Positions 61,694 to 64,000 of a DNA stretch of 64,000 bases are shown piece after piece. Within the stretch, counting starts at the first letter, position 1. Every line of letters begins with the position of its first letter. This DNA comes from Dudresnaya verticillata (Eukaryota). The translations under genes were made by a program, and so were the position numbers. The stretch spans positions 868,001 through 932,000 of the forward strand of contig OZ374559.1 of the NCBI GenBank assembly GCA_977862235.1. The letters run 5' to 3'. The notes beneath the pieces were generated by a model. That model saw nothing but the letters and a program-made list of their open reading frames with translations, was not told the DNA's origin and ran no database searches.

Positions 61694-62895
61694 CCCTAGT
61701 CAGGGTGGATGCTGGAAGCGACAACACACGCCACATACAAAGTGCCGCCGACGTGCACTCGTTACGAACGACGGGGGCTGTAATCAACCGGATCAAGGAC
61801 GATTGGGTTGGCGACACGCAAATAGGCAACTCTTCGGAGGGGGTCCGTAAGGACAGGACGGCTGACAGTAGTCAGGAGGCGTGGAGGGCGCACGCACCAC
61901 ACGAAATCGGGCAACAAACGAAATGGAAATTTTTAATGTGAAAACAATAACGCGAAGGCACCAGCCAGGCGGCGGCGACCAACAAACGAGAACCTGACAA
62001 GTGTGTGCCCAGCACTACGAACGCCGACGAGGCACCCGAGCACGGACGCGACCGACCGTCTCCAACGCCCCCGCCCAGGCGCACCACCCACGGCCAAGTC
62101 CGAAACTCGCCACCCTTACGGGCGGCGCACGCAACCGCCTCGAGGGTGACGCCCGCGAACGTCAACGACGTGTCTCAAGTCGAAAAAGGGGTCGCCCGCA
62201 AACACGAGAGAAGAAGCAGTCGTCGAAGACGGAGTTGGGCTACGTTTCGTGCACGACGCGCTAATCGCAAAAATGACTCCGCCGCTGGGCGCGGCATCCA
62301 CGCCCAGGAGTCGCAAGAAACGCGCCCCACGCGCGGCGCGTCGCCAAACTAACCGTCCCCGACGCTAACCCAACATGCTCTACGTCAAAGACGAAAAGCC
62401 TACCGACAAACGGCTCCCCAACTACATATTCGCTCAACAAGCGGAACCACAATTGGAACAAAACGACTAAGTCGGCATGAGAAAATGGACCCTCCCAAAA
62501 GGGTTTACGCTACTGTAGCGGCATCAAGGAAAGAGAAAAACGCCATCAAGGCGGCACCGCCCCAAGCTTTTACGCAAACGCTACTACAGCGGACAGACAA
62601 CAACAACGTCTATACGAACGGGACCCGTCGGCTACCTACTGCTCGCTATCGCAGCGCTCTACATCAATCGGACACATAAGCAACTACGTTGGACAACGGT
62701 CAAGTTTATTCGGGCTTCACAAGCGAGGGTAACCCCCGTGCCCGCATGACCTTCCACTACGACCTACGTCGTGAGACGCGGCACTAACCGTCTATGACGT
62801 ATGAATCCCTCGCTCGCCGCCCCACCACGGGGCAGGCAAAGCGACACCACACGCGCTCTCGCGTTCGCTAATCGTTCTTAACGACCTAACAAAGG

Positions 62896-63984
62896 CTACG
62901 CCTTTTTCGTCGCAGACGGCTCAAGTGGGGCATCATCCCCAAGGCCATTGGCGGACTCTCTTAACGCCTCTTCATAGAGGTCGTCCTCCGTCACCGACGG
63001 TACGCTCGCAGCAGGGGCAGGAACGGACCGCAAGGGACCCGCCACAACCACTGCTGTCGAAGTCGCGACATCCACCGCTGGCGACGCACCTGTCTCACAA
63101 TCCGCCTTAGGCGACGACTGTTCGTCAACCGCCATAGGCGCAACGTTAGAGTCATTATCCGCCTTAGGCGCTACAACAGGAAGCTCACGCGCCTTTGGCG
63201 GCGGAGCATCCTCAACCGCCTTGGGCGCAGTCGACGGCCCCGGCACCTCCGGTGACGGGACCGCATTAACCGCCAAAGGCGTTGAACGATCAACAACCGT
63301 CACCGACGAAGAGGCCACTGGAGCCTGCGGGACCGCCGTAGGCGCTACCACCGCACTCGCCTTTGGCGGACTTTTGTTACCAACGTCAGTGGACGCAATG
63401 GCGGACGAACTCGCACAACCCGCCTTAGGCGACAAAGGCTTTTTCGCCACTCCATCATTAGACGCTACACCTTCGTCGTTAGACGGCGCAGTCGCAACGA
63501 CGGTCGACGCCGGAACCGCAGTAACGCTGGGCTGCAGAGCAGCCAGAAGCGAGTGCCCGAGGGGCGTCGTGGATGTTCCGCCCGACCCGTCAGTGACGAC
63601 ACCGGTAGCTCGCAAGAATGCGAGCACCGTGCGGCGCTGCTCCTCAGTCCACTCGGGAACTGCAGGGGGGCGATTCGCACCGTCAGCGACGTTAGACAAG
63701 CCGCCTTGAGGCGTAACTTCAGACGCAGAACTCGCCATGGGCGCAGCCATGATGGCATCACCATCACCGTCATTGACGGAAGCCGAGAGATCCAACGGCG
63801 CATCCGACGGCAAGCCCACAGTCACAACAGCCGACGGCCCTACCGCCGCTGGCGAAATCGTCGCGGGAGCTGACGCCCCCGCAGTAAGCTCAACCGCCAT
63901 AGGCGTAACGAAGTCCGTCCCAGACGGGTTAACCGGTCCGCTGTTAGCGTGAAACGCATCCTCCTCCGCCATCAAGGCGCTCAA
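62896..63984 (-). CDS. Antisense Ala/Pro/Ser-rich ORF in the gypsy 3' internal region (5' end may lie outside the window)
   Basis: At least 362 aa of open frame between pol and the expected 3' LTR. Confidence 0.5.
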   Translation of the reverse strand: MSALMAEEDAFHANSGPVNPSGTDFVTPMAVELTAGASAPATISPAAVGPSAVVTVGLPSDAPLDLSASVNDGDGDAIMAAPMASSASEVTPQGGLSNVADGANRPPAVPEWTEEQRRTVLAFLRATGVVTDGSGGTSTTPLGHSLLAALQPSVTAVPASTVVATAPSNDEGVASNDGVAKKPLSPKAGCASSSAIASTDVGNKSPPKASAVVAPTAVPQAPVASSSVTVVDRSTPLAVNAVPSPEVPGPSTAPKAVEDAPPPKARELPVVAPKADNDSNVAPMAVDEQSSPKADCETGASPAVDVATSTAVVVAGPLRSVPAPAASVPSVTEDDLYEEALRESANGLGDDAPLEPSATKKA

Positions 63985-64000
63985 GTGGGGTGGGAAATCC

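Larger units (their letters stand above)
53372..64000 (+). mobile_element. Ty3/gypsy chromovirus (3' LTR lies beyond the window)
   Basis: 5' LTR, PBS, gag with CCHC, then PR-RT-RH-IN-chromodomain order. Confidence 0.95.

Noticed and set aside
1..64000. CRISPR array, Cas/TnpB/Fanzor or rRNA
   Set aside because: No regularly spaced repeat-spacer array, RuvC motifs or rRNA-like sequence was seen by eye.

Overview
This is eukaryotic nuclear DNA. The short GT-AG introns, the transposon spectrum and a tRNA with a D-loop insert suggest a red alga, but that is inference. Positions 1-13.4 kb hold a tandem array of four intron-containing metallo-beta-lactamase-fold hydrolases of OPHC2/MPH/AHL-lactonase type; the three complete copies have signal-peptide-like N-termini. 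Positions 15.5-64 kb are a dense transposon graveyard built on a segmental duplication (about 16065-31837 vs 42363-50870), and each copy shows the empty site for insertions in the other. Elements include a full-length two-ORF CRE-like (RT plus REL endonuclease) retrotransposon inside a five-layer nest with readable TSDs, several 5'-truncated LINEs, a DIRS/Ngaro-type tyrosine-recombinase retrotransposon, three solo LTRs, a non-autonomous hAT with a probable excision scar, and a Ty3/gypsy chromovirus with an antisense ORF. Gene-like cargo includes two tRNA-Asp(GTC) copies with an 11-nt D-loop insert, a highly divergent histone H3 ORF, and Bfr1/PPI1-like and Myb/SANT-like ORFs. All homology calls come from motif recognition by eye; no searches were run.
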